DNA from: Thermoplasmata archaeon
GTDB lineage: Archaea; Thermoplasmatota; Thermoplasmata; UBA10834
Length of the DNA stretch: 50,542 nucleotides
NCBI GenBank assembly: GCA_041479325.1
Contig: JBGOXV010000001.1
Location: 1-50,542, forward strand
Direction: 5' to 3'
The notes beneath the pieces were generated by a model, which saw only the letters and a program-made list of their open reading frames with translations, searched no databases and was not told the DNA's origin. Positions 43,006 to 50,542 of this stretch are shown piece by piece. Numbering within the stretch: position 1 is the first letter of the stretch; each line of letters starts with the position of its first letter. The position numbers were made by a program, and so were the translations under genes.

Positions 43006-43867
43006 TCAACGAGCGCAGGATCTTCAGCTCTTTCTTGTACATCTTGTCTCCGGCAGGCGTCTCCAGGATCATTGGTATGTTCCCCATTCGGTCATCGTTC
43101 AGAAGATTCCTGAACGCATCCAGTCCAAGATACCCTTTGCCTATCTGCTCGTGCCTGTCCCGTCTAGAACCCAGCATCCCCTTCGAATCGTTGAGATGGA
43201 TTGCCCTCAGATATCCGATTCCGAGGAGTTCATCGAATGCATCCATCGTCTGCTCGTACCCTTCCTTCGTCTTGATGTCATACCCCGAGGCGTAGCTGTG
43301 GCAGGTGTCGAGGCATACGCCGACGCTCTTCTGGTCCTCCATGAGATCGATTATCTTGGTGATCTGTTCGAACGAGCTCCCAAGGAGGTTGCCGGCCCCG
43401 GCCGTGATCTCCAGAATCTGATGGACCTCGCGTCCACCGAACTCTTTCCGGGCCCAGTCCAGGGACTCCGCGATCCTCCTCAGCCCGACCTGTTCCCCCG
43501 AGCCCATGTGTGACCCCGGATGGAATATCAGCTTCTCAACTCCTAGATGCCTCGCGCGGACCATCTCCTCGAGGAAGCCCTCCCTAGACTTCTTCAGAAG
43601 CGCATTGTCAGGGCTTCCGAGGTTGATCAGGTACGAATCGTGGATGACAGTCTCGATGATCTCAAACTTCTGACAGTTCTCCTTGAACCTGTCGCACTCC
43701 TCGATTGTCAGGGGCTTCGCGCTCCACTGCATCTGATTCTTGGAGAATATCTGGATGCAGTCGCAGGTCAACTTGCGCCCGCGCTCAGGTGCGTTCTCGA
43801 CTCCGCCCAATATGGAGACATGCGCTCCTAGAACAGCCAAGGTGAAGGACCTCGGGGCGAGATTCAC
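42995..43867 (-). CDS. nfo: Endonuclease IV (AP endonuclease, Nfo family)
   Basis: LGAHVSILGG, HDSYLINLGSP, IFHPGSH, CLDTCH and RAIHLNDSK...DRHE.IG.G are metal-ligand motifs of the Nfo/xylose-isomerase-like TIM-barrel family. It has a GTG start, with an in-frame TTG nine codons downstream as an alternative. Its 3' end overlaps the NFACT gene 3' end by 11 nt, convergently. Confidence 0.9.
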   Translation of the reverse strand: MNLAPRSFTLAVLGAHVSILGGVENAPERGRKLTCDCIQIFSKNQMQWSAKPLTIEECDRFKENCQKFEIIETVIHDSYLINLGSPDNALLKKSREGFLEEMVRARHLGVEKLIFHPGSHMGSGEQVGLRRIAESLDWARKEFGGREVHQILEITAGAGNLLGSSFEQITKIIDLMEDQKSVGVCLDTCHSYASGYDIKTKEGYEQTMDAFDELLGIGYLRAIHLNDSKGMLGSRRDRHEQIGKGYLGLDAFRNLLNDDRMGNIPMILETPAGDKMYKKELKILRSLIKA

Positions 43868-43898
43868 ATAGAACTAGATAACCTTAGGAGCTGACCGA

Positions 43899-45818
43899 CT
43901 AGCTCGACCCTTCGAAATCCATGATGAATGTGTAAGAACCGTCCACGGGCTTTGACTTCGTGGGCACGCCTGCTTTGTGCATGAGGGCGATCATGGCCAC
44001 GTTGTCCCTCATGACCTCCGCGGTGAACCCCTTGATCTTCTTCTCCCTGGCGATCTTGACCAAGTTTCGCATCATGAAAGTGCCGATACCCTGGCCCTGG
44101 AAAGCATCCGCGACAAGGAACGCTATCTCCGCCATTTTTGTCGCTGGGTTCACATAGTAGCTGCCGACGCCGACGATCTTCTGGTTCGGGCTCTCCTTGG
44201 AAATCGCCACGAGGGACATCTCAGCCTCATAGTCGATGCAGCAGATCTGCTGGAGCCGCCTGTGGGGCATCGACTTCAGCATGCTGAAGAACCTGTTGAT
44301 GATGGACTGGTCGCTCAAATCGTAGAACATGTCGCCGAGCATCTCCTCGTCTGTGGGGATGGTCGGCCTGATAAGCAACTCCTTGCCACCCTTAGTGGTC
44401 ATCGTGGTCTCGAGTTCCTCGGGATATCGGACCATCTCTCCGGGGAGCATCTGGTCCTGGTACACATAGTGCAGCTTCTTGGCGCCTTCCAGCAATTTGG
44501 CGCGGAACTTCGGGTGCGCGATATTGATTAGCGCCATGGCCCTCTCCCTGATGTTCTTGCCGTGAAGGTACGCGACTCCCCATTCGGTGACGACATAATG
44601 GACATCTCCTCTGGTCGTGACGACACCGGCGCCCTCCCTGAGGTTCACGGAGATCCTGGATATCGTTTCGTCCTTCGCGGTCGAAGGCATGGCAATCACG
44701 GGCTTTCCGCCCTTCGATCTGGCTGCGCCACGGATGAAATCTAATTGACCCCCGATGCCCGAGTAGAACATCGTCCCGAGCGAGTCCGCGCAGACCTGCC
44801 CGGTGAGATCCACCTCTATGGCCGAGTTTATAGCGACCATGTTGTTGTGCTGCGCGATGACGAAGGGATCGTTGGTGTACTCGGTGGGCCTGAACTCGAC
44901 GGCCGGGTTGTTATCGACGTAATCATACAACGATTTGCTGCCCATGCAGAAGGAAGCTACCGTGTGGCCCGCGTGCACCGGCTTCTTGGTGTTGTTGATG
45001 ACGCCCCTCTCGACGAGGTCCATGAATCCGTCAGAGAACATCTCGGTGTGTATCCCGATGTCCTTCTTGTCCGTCAGGAAGTGGAGGACCGAGTCTGGTA
45101 TGGTGCCGATGCCCATCTGGAGGGTCGACCCATCCTCGATCAGGCTAGCAATGTTCTTGCCGATGCGTCTCGCGACATCGTCAGCCCGCTCCCTGTGAGC
45201 GTACAGCAGCGGCACGTCGACCGGGACCGCGACATCGATTTCATCCATGTGAATGAAGCAATCGCCAAGAGCTCGGGGCATCTGGACATTGACCTCAGCG
45301 ATGACCTTGTTGGCCGATTCCGCCCCAGACTTCACGACGTCGGTCGATACACCGTAGCTGCAATAGCCGTGCTTGTCCGGCAGCGATACCTGGATGAGTG
45401 CGACGTCGATGGGGATCTGCCCGGACCTGAAAAGGGCAGGTATCTCCGAAAGGAACACAGGCGTGTAGTCGGCCCTTCCCTCAGACACGGCCTTCCTGGT
45501 GTTCGCACCGATGAAGAACGCATTGTGTCTGAACTGGTCGGTGAACTTCTCCTCTGTGTACGGAGCGACCCCCAGGGTCATGATGTGCATGATCCTCGTG
45601 TCCGCGAGCCTTCCCGCGCTCTCGATCAGGGCCTTCACGAGCGTCTGAGGCTCAGCCGCGCCCGAGCCGATGAAGATCTTGTCCCCTCGCCTGACGTCGG
45701 CGATGGCCTGTTCCGCCGTCCTTATCTTGCCGGCGTACTTGGTCTGCCAATCCCGATGGGTCGTGTCTTCGACATGCGCTTTGGCATGTTCGTCCAACAC
45801 TCTTGACTTCTCAGCCAT
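43899..45818 (-). CDS. Acetyl-CoA hydrolase/CoA-transferase family domain fused to a C-terminal GNAT acetyltransferase domain
   Basis: The N-terminal roughly 440 aa has GDKIFIGSGAAEPQTL, GIHTEMFSDG and FYSGIGGQLDF (4-hydroxybutyrate/acetyl-CoA transferase family). The C-terminal roughly 180 aa has the GNAT acetyl-CoA-binding motif FQGQGIGTFMMRNLVKIAREK. Confidence 0.8.
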   Translation of the reverse strand: MAEKSRVLDEHAKAHVEDTTHRDWQTKYAGKIRTAEQAIADVRRGDKIFIGSGAAEPQTLVKALIESAGRLADTRIMHIMTLGVAPYTEEKFTDQFRHNAFFIGANTRKAVSEGRADYTPVFLSEIPALFRSGQIPIDVALIQVSLPDKHGYCSYGVSTDVVKSGAESANKVIAEVNVQMPRALGDCFIHMDEIDVAVPVDVPLLYAHRERADDVARRIGKNIASLIEDGSTLQMGIGTIPDSVLHFLTDKKDIGIHTEMFSDGFMDLVERGVINNTKKPVHAGHTVASFCMGSKSLYDYVDNNPAVEFRPTEYTNDPFVIAQHNNMVAINSAIEVDLTGQVCADSLGTMFYSGIGGQLDFIRGAARSKGGKPVIAMPSTAKDETISRISVNLREGAGVVTTRGDVHYVVTEWGVAYLHGKNIRERAMALINIAHPKFRAKLLEGAKKLHYVYQDQMLPGEMVRYPEELETTMTTKGGKELLIRPTIPTDEEMLGDMFYDLSDQSIINRFFSMLKSMPHRRLQQICCIDYEAEMSLVAISKESPNQKIVGVGSYYVNPATKMAEIAFLVADAFQGQGIGTFMMRNLVKIAREKKIKGFTAEVMRDNVAMIALMHKAGVPTKSKPVDGSYTFIMDFEGSS

Positions 45819-45942
45819 ATGAATGCTCAGATTCTCAAGATACTAGGGAATTATAACGATTCCGGCGATACCGGCCGACCGGACGAACGGGGTTGCTCCC
45901 AACACCGAATATCATTCCACGTCAAAGACCTACAATATTCGC

Positions 45943-46281
45943 TCATTTCGCTTCGGCTTCTGCACCGAGAGACATGACAAATGACCTGATCCCCTGGAGC
46001 TCCTGGCCAATCTTCACGATAACGACATTTGGGTCCGTAAATAGTATCTCCGGATGCTCCAACCGCCAAACGTCGAATACCTCCGACGGCGAAATCTGGT
46101 AAAGTTCCCGAAGGACCATGTCCCGGTAGGGAGCGAGGTTCCGAAACGCGGGCTCGAGAAGCTCCGCGAAAGCAATTTCATCGTGGAGCCACGCATCGAC
46201 ATGGTCTTGGTCCATCCTGCCCAAGTTGTCCAGAAGGAACCTCATGATTGCGCTCTTCCATGCAGATTTCAAGATCGTCAC
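45943..46281 (-). CDS. Hypothetical protein (112 aa) coupled to the FAD oxidase gene
   Basis: Its ATG overlaps the stop of the upstream gene (46278-46281). Codon bias is moderately GC3-rich. I recognise no motif. Confidence 0.5.
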   Translation of the reverse strand: MTILKSAWKSAIMRFLLDNLGRMDQDHVDAWLHDEIAFAELLEPAFRNLAPYRDMVLRELYQISPSEVFDVWRLEHPEILFTDPNVVIVKIGQELQGIRSFVMSLGAEAEAK

Positions 46282-47678
46282 TTCTTGTCAGGAAGCATCT
46301 TCCCAGGGTTCATGATGTTGTCCGGGTCGAGCGCCTTCTTCAAATCCCTCATGACATCGAGCGTCACCTCGGAGTACTCGAGATCGAGGTTGTCCCTGTG
46401 CTCGATGCCCACGCCATGGCAGCTCGATATGGACCCCCCGAGCTTCGTGGTGAGTTTCGCGATGTCCCTTAGCAACACCTGATACTTCTCCCACCCTCCT
46501 TCGCCCTTCGGGAGATAGAACCTTCCTGCCATTATCCTGTAGCGCCCCACGTCCAAGGAGTACTTCTCGCCAGGGAGCGGGGCCGAGCCGTGCTTGGGCA
46601 TGACCTCACCCCAGAGCCTGTCAAAGAACTCATGCATATGCTCGACCGGCACATAGGTGGTGAGCGCGTCCTCCAATCCAGTCAGAGCCCTCGCCCCGCA
46701 CCATTGCGAAGTGTACCTCTCCATGAACTTGGCAGCATCATCGTGCTTTGCAAGGACTCCTCCGGTCTCGTGGACTATCTTCTTGACGAATTCGACCTGC
46801 GCATGCACTTCGCCCTTCGTGCCCTCGAATCCGAGGTAGAACAATCCGTTTCTCCCTTGAGGGGCGCCGAGAGAGGTTGCATCCTCGACCTCATAGGCCT
46901 CCCCGCCCGTGAAGGTCACGCAGGTTGCCATCGTCCTCAGCGCGGCCTCGTTCGCTGACCAGAAGTCGTAGTAGAACGCGAGTATGACGTCTTTCGCCTC
47001 CGGGATCGGCTCCACTCTCAGCGTGGCCTCAGTAATGATGCCAAGGGTGCCTTCAGCTCCGACGAAGAGCTGCTGCAGCCGGTACCCGGTAGAAGTGTAG
47101 AGTATCTTGGGGCCAGTTCTCATCACCTTCCCGCTTGCAAGCACGACCTCGAGGGACATGACCCTATCAGCGATTGTTCCGTACTTCTGATGCTTCCTGC
47201 TGAATCCCGATGTCGAGATTGAGCCACCGATCGTCGCAACTCTGAACGAACCTTGTTCCTGGTTCAATGCGAGACCGTGCTTCGCGAGCTCTTCCTCGAG
47301 ATCCTTGAGTGTGATGCCGGGCTGGACGGTGACATAGAGATTGGGCACACTGACCTCGACTATGTGATTCATCCTGATCGTGTCGACGACTATCCCGCCG
47401 GTCACCGGCACGAGCATGCCGGTCCTGTTGGATCCTCCGCCCTTCGGTATGATGGGCACCTTGAGCTCCGCGGCGATCTCCACGATCGCTTTGACATCGG
47501 CAGTGGTCTCGGGAAAAACGACTGCGTCCGGGAAGTACCTGTAATCCTCATTGTACCTTATCCTGTATGTGTCCTTTGTGTATGGGACGAGGTCGGACCT
47601 GCTCGATAGGACCTTCCCAGCCCCCAGGACCGATATCAAGCGCTGCACCATCTGGTCCCGCACTTCAGTTTCCATCAT
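46278..47678 (-). CDS. FAD-linked oxidase (GlcD / D-lactate dehydrogenase family)
   Basis: It has an FAD-binding PCMH-type N-terminus (VVFPETTADVKAIVEIA...VPIIPKGGGSN..G) and a C-terminal HGVGIEH / LDPDNIMNPGK end, typical of GlcD/Dld. Confidence 0.85.
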   Translation of the reverse strand: MMETEVRDQMVQRLISVLGAGKVLSSRSDLVPYTKDTYRIRYNEDYRYFPDAVVFPETTADVKAIVEIAAELKVPIIPKGGGSNRTGMLVPVTGGIVVDTIRMNHIVEVSVPNLYVTVQPGITLKDLEEELAKHGLALNQEQGSFRVATIGGSISTSGFSRKHQKYGTIADRVMSLEVVLASGKVMRTGPKILYTSTGYRLQQLFVGAEGTLGIITEATLRVEPIPEAKDVILAFYYDFWSANEAALRTMATCVTFTGGEAYEVEDATSLGAPQGRNGLFYLGFEGTKGEVHAQVEFVKKIVHETGGVLAKHDDAAKFMERYTSQWCGARALTGLEDALTTYVPVEHMHEFFDRLWGEVMPKHGSAPLPGEKYSLDVGRYRIMAGRFYLPKGEGGWEKYQVLLRDIAKLTTKLGGSISSCHGVGIEHRDNLDLEYSEVTLDVMRDLKKALDPDNIMNPGKMLPDKK

Positions 47679-48841
47679 CGGTGCCCGCCTCCTTTTTGAT
47701 GGGACAGATTATCCAGGAACACGGACAGTTCCTCGACCTTGATATCAGAACCAGCGGCAGACGCGGCACTCCGCAATGTTTGCACGCAGAAGGGACAGGT
47801 GGTGATCAGGACCTCGGCGCCGGTCTCTTCCGCCTCGCGAATCCTCTTGGCCGCGGCCTTTTGGGTAACCTCTGGATATGCTGTCTTCACACCGGCCCCT
47901 CCACCGCAACACCTCGCTGTCTGCCTGGAGTTCTTCATCTCGACCAGCTGGAGGCCGGGTACGGAGAGAAGCACCCGCCTGGGCGCATCATAGACATCGC
48001 TATGTCTCCCGAGATGGCACGGATCGTGATACGTGACCTTGATTTCCCTCTTTGGGAAATGGAGCTTGTCGTTTGCGATCAGCTCGGATATGAACTGCGT
48101 CGAGTGCATGATGGAGATGTCCTCGCTCAGATCGGGATAATCCTGCTCGAGCGTCTTGAAGCAGCCAGCACATGCGGTGACGATGTTCTCCACGCCCGTC
48201 CCCCGGATCCGCTTCTCGTTCTCTTTCCGGAGCTTCTCGAACAGCTTGATGTCCCCTATCCTCTTGGCCGTCGAGCCGCAGCATACCTCGTCCTCGAGAA
48301 GCAATCCATAGTCCACCCCGGCCTTGTCCATGAGGCTCGCCAGCGCTTTCGGGCCTTCGTCCAGGGTCCTGTCGAGCGCGAAGGTGCAGCCGACGTAGAA
48401 CAGTGTGCTGGTTTTCCCGGGAACGACCTTCTTGTCCTGGAGTCCCTTAGCCCATCGCTTTCTCGCAGCCCTCGATTCCTGCCATGGGTTGCCATAGTTG
48501 TCCAAGCTCTTTGCGAGGGCGGCATGCTCGGGGAGCAGTTTCGCGCCTTTCTCGATGAGGTATCTCCGGAACGCTTCAGTAGCGTCGGAGTTCCGCAGTC
48601 CCGCGACGCAGCTCTGCTCGTCCCTCCTACACAGGAGACACGAGTAGGCTATTCTGACCGCGCGCTCATCCGGCTCCACGGCCCCTTTCAGCACGGATCG
48701 AATCAGGGCGTTCCTGCCTTTTGGAGAGATGCTCTCCTCGAGGATCTCCGAGTACATTGGACATTGGTCCTTGCAGCAGCCGCATCTGCATCTCGAGCAT
48801 GCTTCAACGACCTCAGCCATCTGAACGAATTCGGCGTCCAT
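47675..48841 (-). CDS. Fe-S protein with two 4Fe-4S motifs and two CCG domains (GlcF/HdrD/LutA-like)
   Basis: CSRCRCGCCKDQCP and CLLCRRDEQSC are ferredoxin-like clusters. CCG-type motifs are present (GCTFALD...CCGS and CHLG...CCGGGAG). It has a 4-nt overlap with the downstream FAD oxidase gene. Confidence 0.8.
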   Translation of the reverse strand: MDAEFVQMAEVVEACSRCRCGCCKDQCPMYSEILEESISPKGRNALIRSVLKGAVEPDERAVRIAYSCLLCRRDEQSCVAGLRNSDATEAFRRYLIEKGAKLLPEHAALAKSLDNYGNPWQESRAARKRWAKGLQDKKVVPGKTSTLFYVGCTFALDRTLDEGPKALASLMDKAGVDYGLLLEDEVCCGSTAKRIGDIKLFEKLRKENEKRIRGTGVENIVTACAGCFKTLEQDYPDLSEDISIMHSTQFISELIANDKLHFPKREIKVTYHDPCHLGRHSDVYDAPRRVLLSVPGLQLVEMKNSRQTARCCGGGAGVKTAYPEVTQKAAAKRIREAEETGAEVLITTCPFCVQTLRSAASAAGSDIKVEELSVFLDNLSHQKGGGHR

Positions 48842-48961
48842 TCAACAACCTCTCGACAAAGTGCGCATCCACCTGAGATGAGCCGGGAACCGACATTGAA
48901 CGGTGGCGTATTTTACCGTTGGGAACAGATTTTCTAACATGATAACCAAAAGTACATCCTA

Positions 48962-50419
48962 ATGTATCGCCTCCTGAGATTTACAGCAGGTGGTAGTATC
49001 GCCAAGAGCAGACTGGAATTCCTCTCGGGGTCAGAGATTGAGGCGGTGAATAGGGTCTCGTTGAGGGCCCTCGAAGAGGTAGGGGTCGTCGTCAACAGCA
49101 CAGCCGTCGTCGACATGCTCATCAGAGCTGGCGCGAAGAAGAGCAAGGACGGGAAGCGCGTGTTGATCCCGGAACCAATGGTGAAGTCCGCACTGTCCAG
49201 CGTCCCGAAATCCCTCCTTCTGGCGTCGAGGGATCGCAAGCGCGACATGCGGATACCGACGGCGGGCCCTGTGTTCGTCGCGAACGGTGGAGAAGGTGTG
49301 TACGTCAAAGACCTCCTCACAGGCCAATCGCGGTCCGCAACGACAGACGACCTGCGCGACTTCATCTTCCTTGTCCAATCACTGCAGCCGATCGACTTCG
49401 CGTGGGCGATGGTCGGTGCCCTGGACCAGCCGAACCACAAGAAGAACGCGGTGGAGCTGATGACGTGCCTGGAGAACACGACCAAGCACATCCAAGGGGG
49501 AGCTACGAGCGCTCTCGAGGCGAGGACGGACATCGAGATGATCTCAGCACTCGCAGGAGGGATTGAGGAGTTCAGGAAGAGGCCGTTCTTCTCAGCGGTA
49601 CAATGCCCAATCTCACCGATGACCTTCGAGGAGGGGCTGGTAGAAGCTCAAGTCGAGTTCGCAAGAGCCGGGATCCCAGTCGTGTCGATGGTCGCGTCCG
49701 TCGCGGGATTGACCTCCCCGGTCACTCTGTCCGGGACCCTTGCGCAAACAAATGCCGAGAACATGGCAAGCCTCGTCATCTCACAAACCGCGAAGAAAGG
49801 CGCCCCGTGGATCTTCAGCAGCGATTCCTCGCCCGGAGACCTCAAGGTGGGGTCGATAAACTATGGGGCGTTGGAGGCGAATCTTCTGAGGGCGGGGGCA
49901 GGCCAACTGGGGAGGTATCATGGCCTCCCGGTCATGTGCGCTGGATGTGGCCTCGAGGAGACTTCGCTGATACTCGCGGACATCAGGGAAGGCGTTCCCT
50001 ACATGGCATTGACAGGTTCGGTGAACTCGGACCTCGCCTCTGGACTGGGAGGGATCGGAAACGCGGCCGGCGCATCGTTCGAGCAGCTGGTGCTGGATGC
50101 CTGGGTCTGGGACACGGCAAGGGAATTCCTGCGTACATTCAGCGCGGATGAGGCGTCGATATCGTTCGAAACGATTCGAGACGCCGCGCTGGACGGAAAC
50201 TTCCTGAGCAAGAGACACACTCTCACCCTGTTCAAGAAGGAATCCGCTGCCCTGACGAAACCGGAGGCCATCTTCTCCGGCAGACCTGGGCCGGGTAACA
50301 GGATGGATCTGCTCAGAAGGGCCAAGAAAGAGGCCACGAGGATGCTGGAGGCTCCCAAAACCCATGTCACGACCAAGGAAGAATCAGCAGCCCTGGAAAG
50401 GATTGTCAAGAGCCTGTGA
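48962..50419 (+). CDS. MttB-superfamily (trimethylamine methyltransferase family) protein, uninterrupted (no in-frame amber codon)
   Basis: The 485-aa ORF has the MttB-family N-terminal pattern (LSGSEIEAVNRVSLRALEEVGVVVNSTAVVDMLIRAGAKK...VLIPEPMVKSALSSVPK) and is full family length without any stop. Confidence 0.8.
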   Translation: MYRLLRFTAGGSIAKSRLEFLSGSEIEAVNRVSLRALEEVGVVVNSTAVVDMLIRAGAKKSKDGKRVLIPEPMVKSALSSVPKSLLLASRDRKRDMRIPTAGPVFVANGGEGVYVKDLLTGQSRSATTDDLRDFIFLVQSLQPIDFAWAMVGALDQPNHKKNAVELMTCLENTTKHIQGGATSALEARTDIEMISALAGGIEEFRKRPFFSAVQCPISPMTFEEGLVEAQVEFARAGIPVVSMVASVAGLTSPVTLSGTLAQTNAENMASLVISQTAKKGAPWIFSSDSSPGDLKVGSINYGALEANLLRAGAGQLGRYHGLPVMCAGCGLEETSLILADIREGVPYMALTGSVNSDLASGLGGIGNAAGASFEQLVLDAWVWDTAREFLRTFSADEASISFETIRDAALDGNFLSKRHTLTLFKKESAALTKPEAIFSGRPGPGNRMDLLRRAKKEATRMLEAPKTHVTTKEESAALERIVKSL

Positions 50420-50436
50420 CGAAAAGGATGGGGATG

Positions 50437-50510
50437 CGCCCGAGCTGGGATTCGAACCCAGGTCTGAAACTCCGCAGGCTTCTAGGATATCCAAGCTACC
50501 CCACTCGGGC
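50437..50510 (-). tRNA. tRNA-Arg (anticodon GCG)
   Basis: The reverse complement is GCCCGAGTGGGGTAGCTTGGATATCCTAGAAGCCTGCGGAGTTTCAGACCTGGGTTCGAATCCCAGCTCGGGCG. The acceptor is GCCCGAG/CTCGGGC, the anticodon stem GAAGC/GTTTC has loop CTGCGGA, and the T arm is CTGGG-TTCGAAT-CCCAG. No CCA is encoded. Confidence 0.9.
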
Positions 50511-50542
50511 TTCACGTCCGTGCGGACACCTCCATGAGGACA

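Noticed and set aside
44745-45806. 353-aa plus-strand ORF opposite the CoA-transferase/GNAT gene
   Set aside because: It is an antisense shadow ORF. The opposite strand carries the conserved CoA-transferase motifs.
47567-48937. 456-aa plus-strand ORF opposite the CCG-domain Fe-S protein gene
   Set aside because: It is an antisense shadow ORF. The Fe-S cluster and CCG motifs are on the minus strand, and this frame has none.
1-50542. Search for CRISPR arrays, rRNA genes, transposases and known defence-system genes
   Set aside because: I saw no regularly spaced direct repeats, no rRNA-like sequence, no transposase or integrase motifs, and no nuclease/ATPase combinations typical of defence islands. 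The window is largely housekeeping genes plus the respiratory and surface-protein blocks.

Overview
This is a 50.5-kb chromosomal segment from a GC-rich archaeon. The evidence for archaeal origin is RpoK, archaeal uS2, RPA-like OB-fold proteins, FtsZ, IorAB, TATA-type AT-rich boxes about 25-35 nt upstream of tRNAs and genes, and a CcmE with the archaeal CxxxY motif. The gene content looks euryarchaeal, but no finer taxonomic placement is possible from sequence alone. I support about 44 protein genes, one of them a 49-aa ccmD below the ORF-track cutoff, and 4 tRNAs: Arg-TCG, Val-TAC, Thr-GGT and Arg-GCG. I saw no rRNA, CRISPR array, transposase or integrase. Three blocks stand out. (1) 6.9-17.8 kb holds a complete archaeal-variant System I cytochrome c maturation operon, ccmABCDE-orfX-ccmF. 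Its CcmC carries a large extracytoplasmic insertion, and an uncharacterised type-I membrane protein is embedded in the operon. Next to it are a membrane-anchored multiheme cytochrome (8 CxxCH plus 1 CX4CH, with an FN3 domain), a CX3CH/Ig-like protein and a 5-TM protein, which together are a candidate outward-facing electron-transfer module. (2) 19.4-29.1 kb holds three very large secreted proteins that share a roughly 175-aa C-terminal domain I do not recognise. One is an orphan family-5 solute-binding domain fused to five PKD domains. The other two are a 2.8-kb tandem duplication ending exactly at a tRNA-Arg. There is nucleotide-level evidence of recombination between the C-terminal-domain cassettes. 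(3) Smaller oddities include an EF-Tu-like protein with degenerate GTPase motifs, a DtxR-FeoA fusion upstream of feoB with an iron-box-like operator on its TATA box, a CoA-transferase/GNAT fusion, an uninterrupted (non-Pyl) MttB-family methyltransferase, and a likely over-extended rpoK ORF. Many long ORFs in the track are antisense shadows of real genes, as expected in GC-rich DNA, and were rejected. All family assignments rest on motif recognition by eye. No database search was run.
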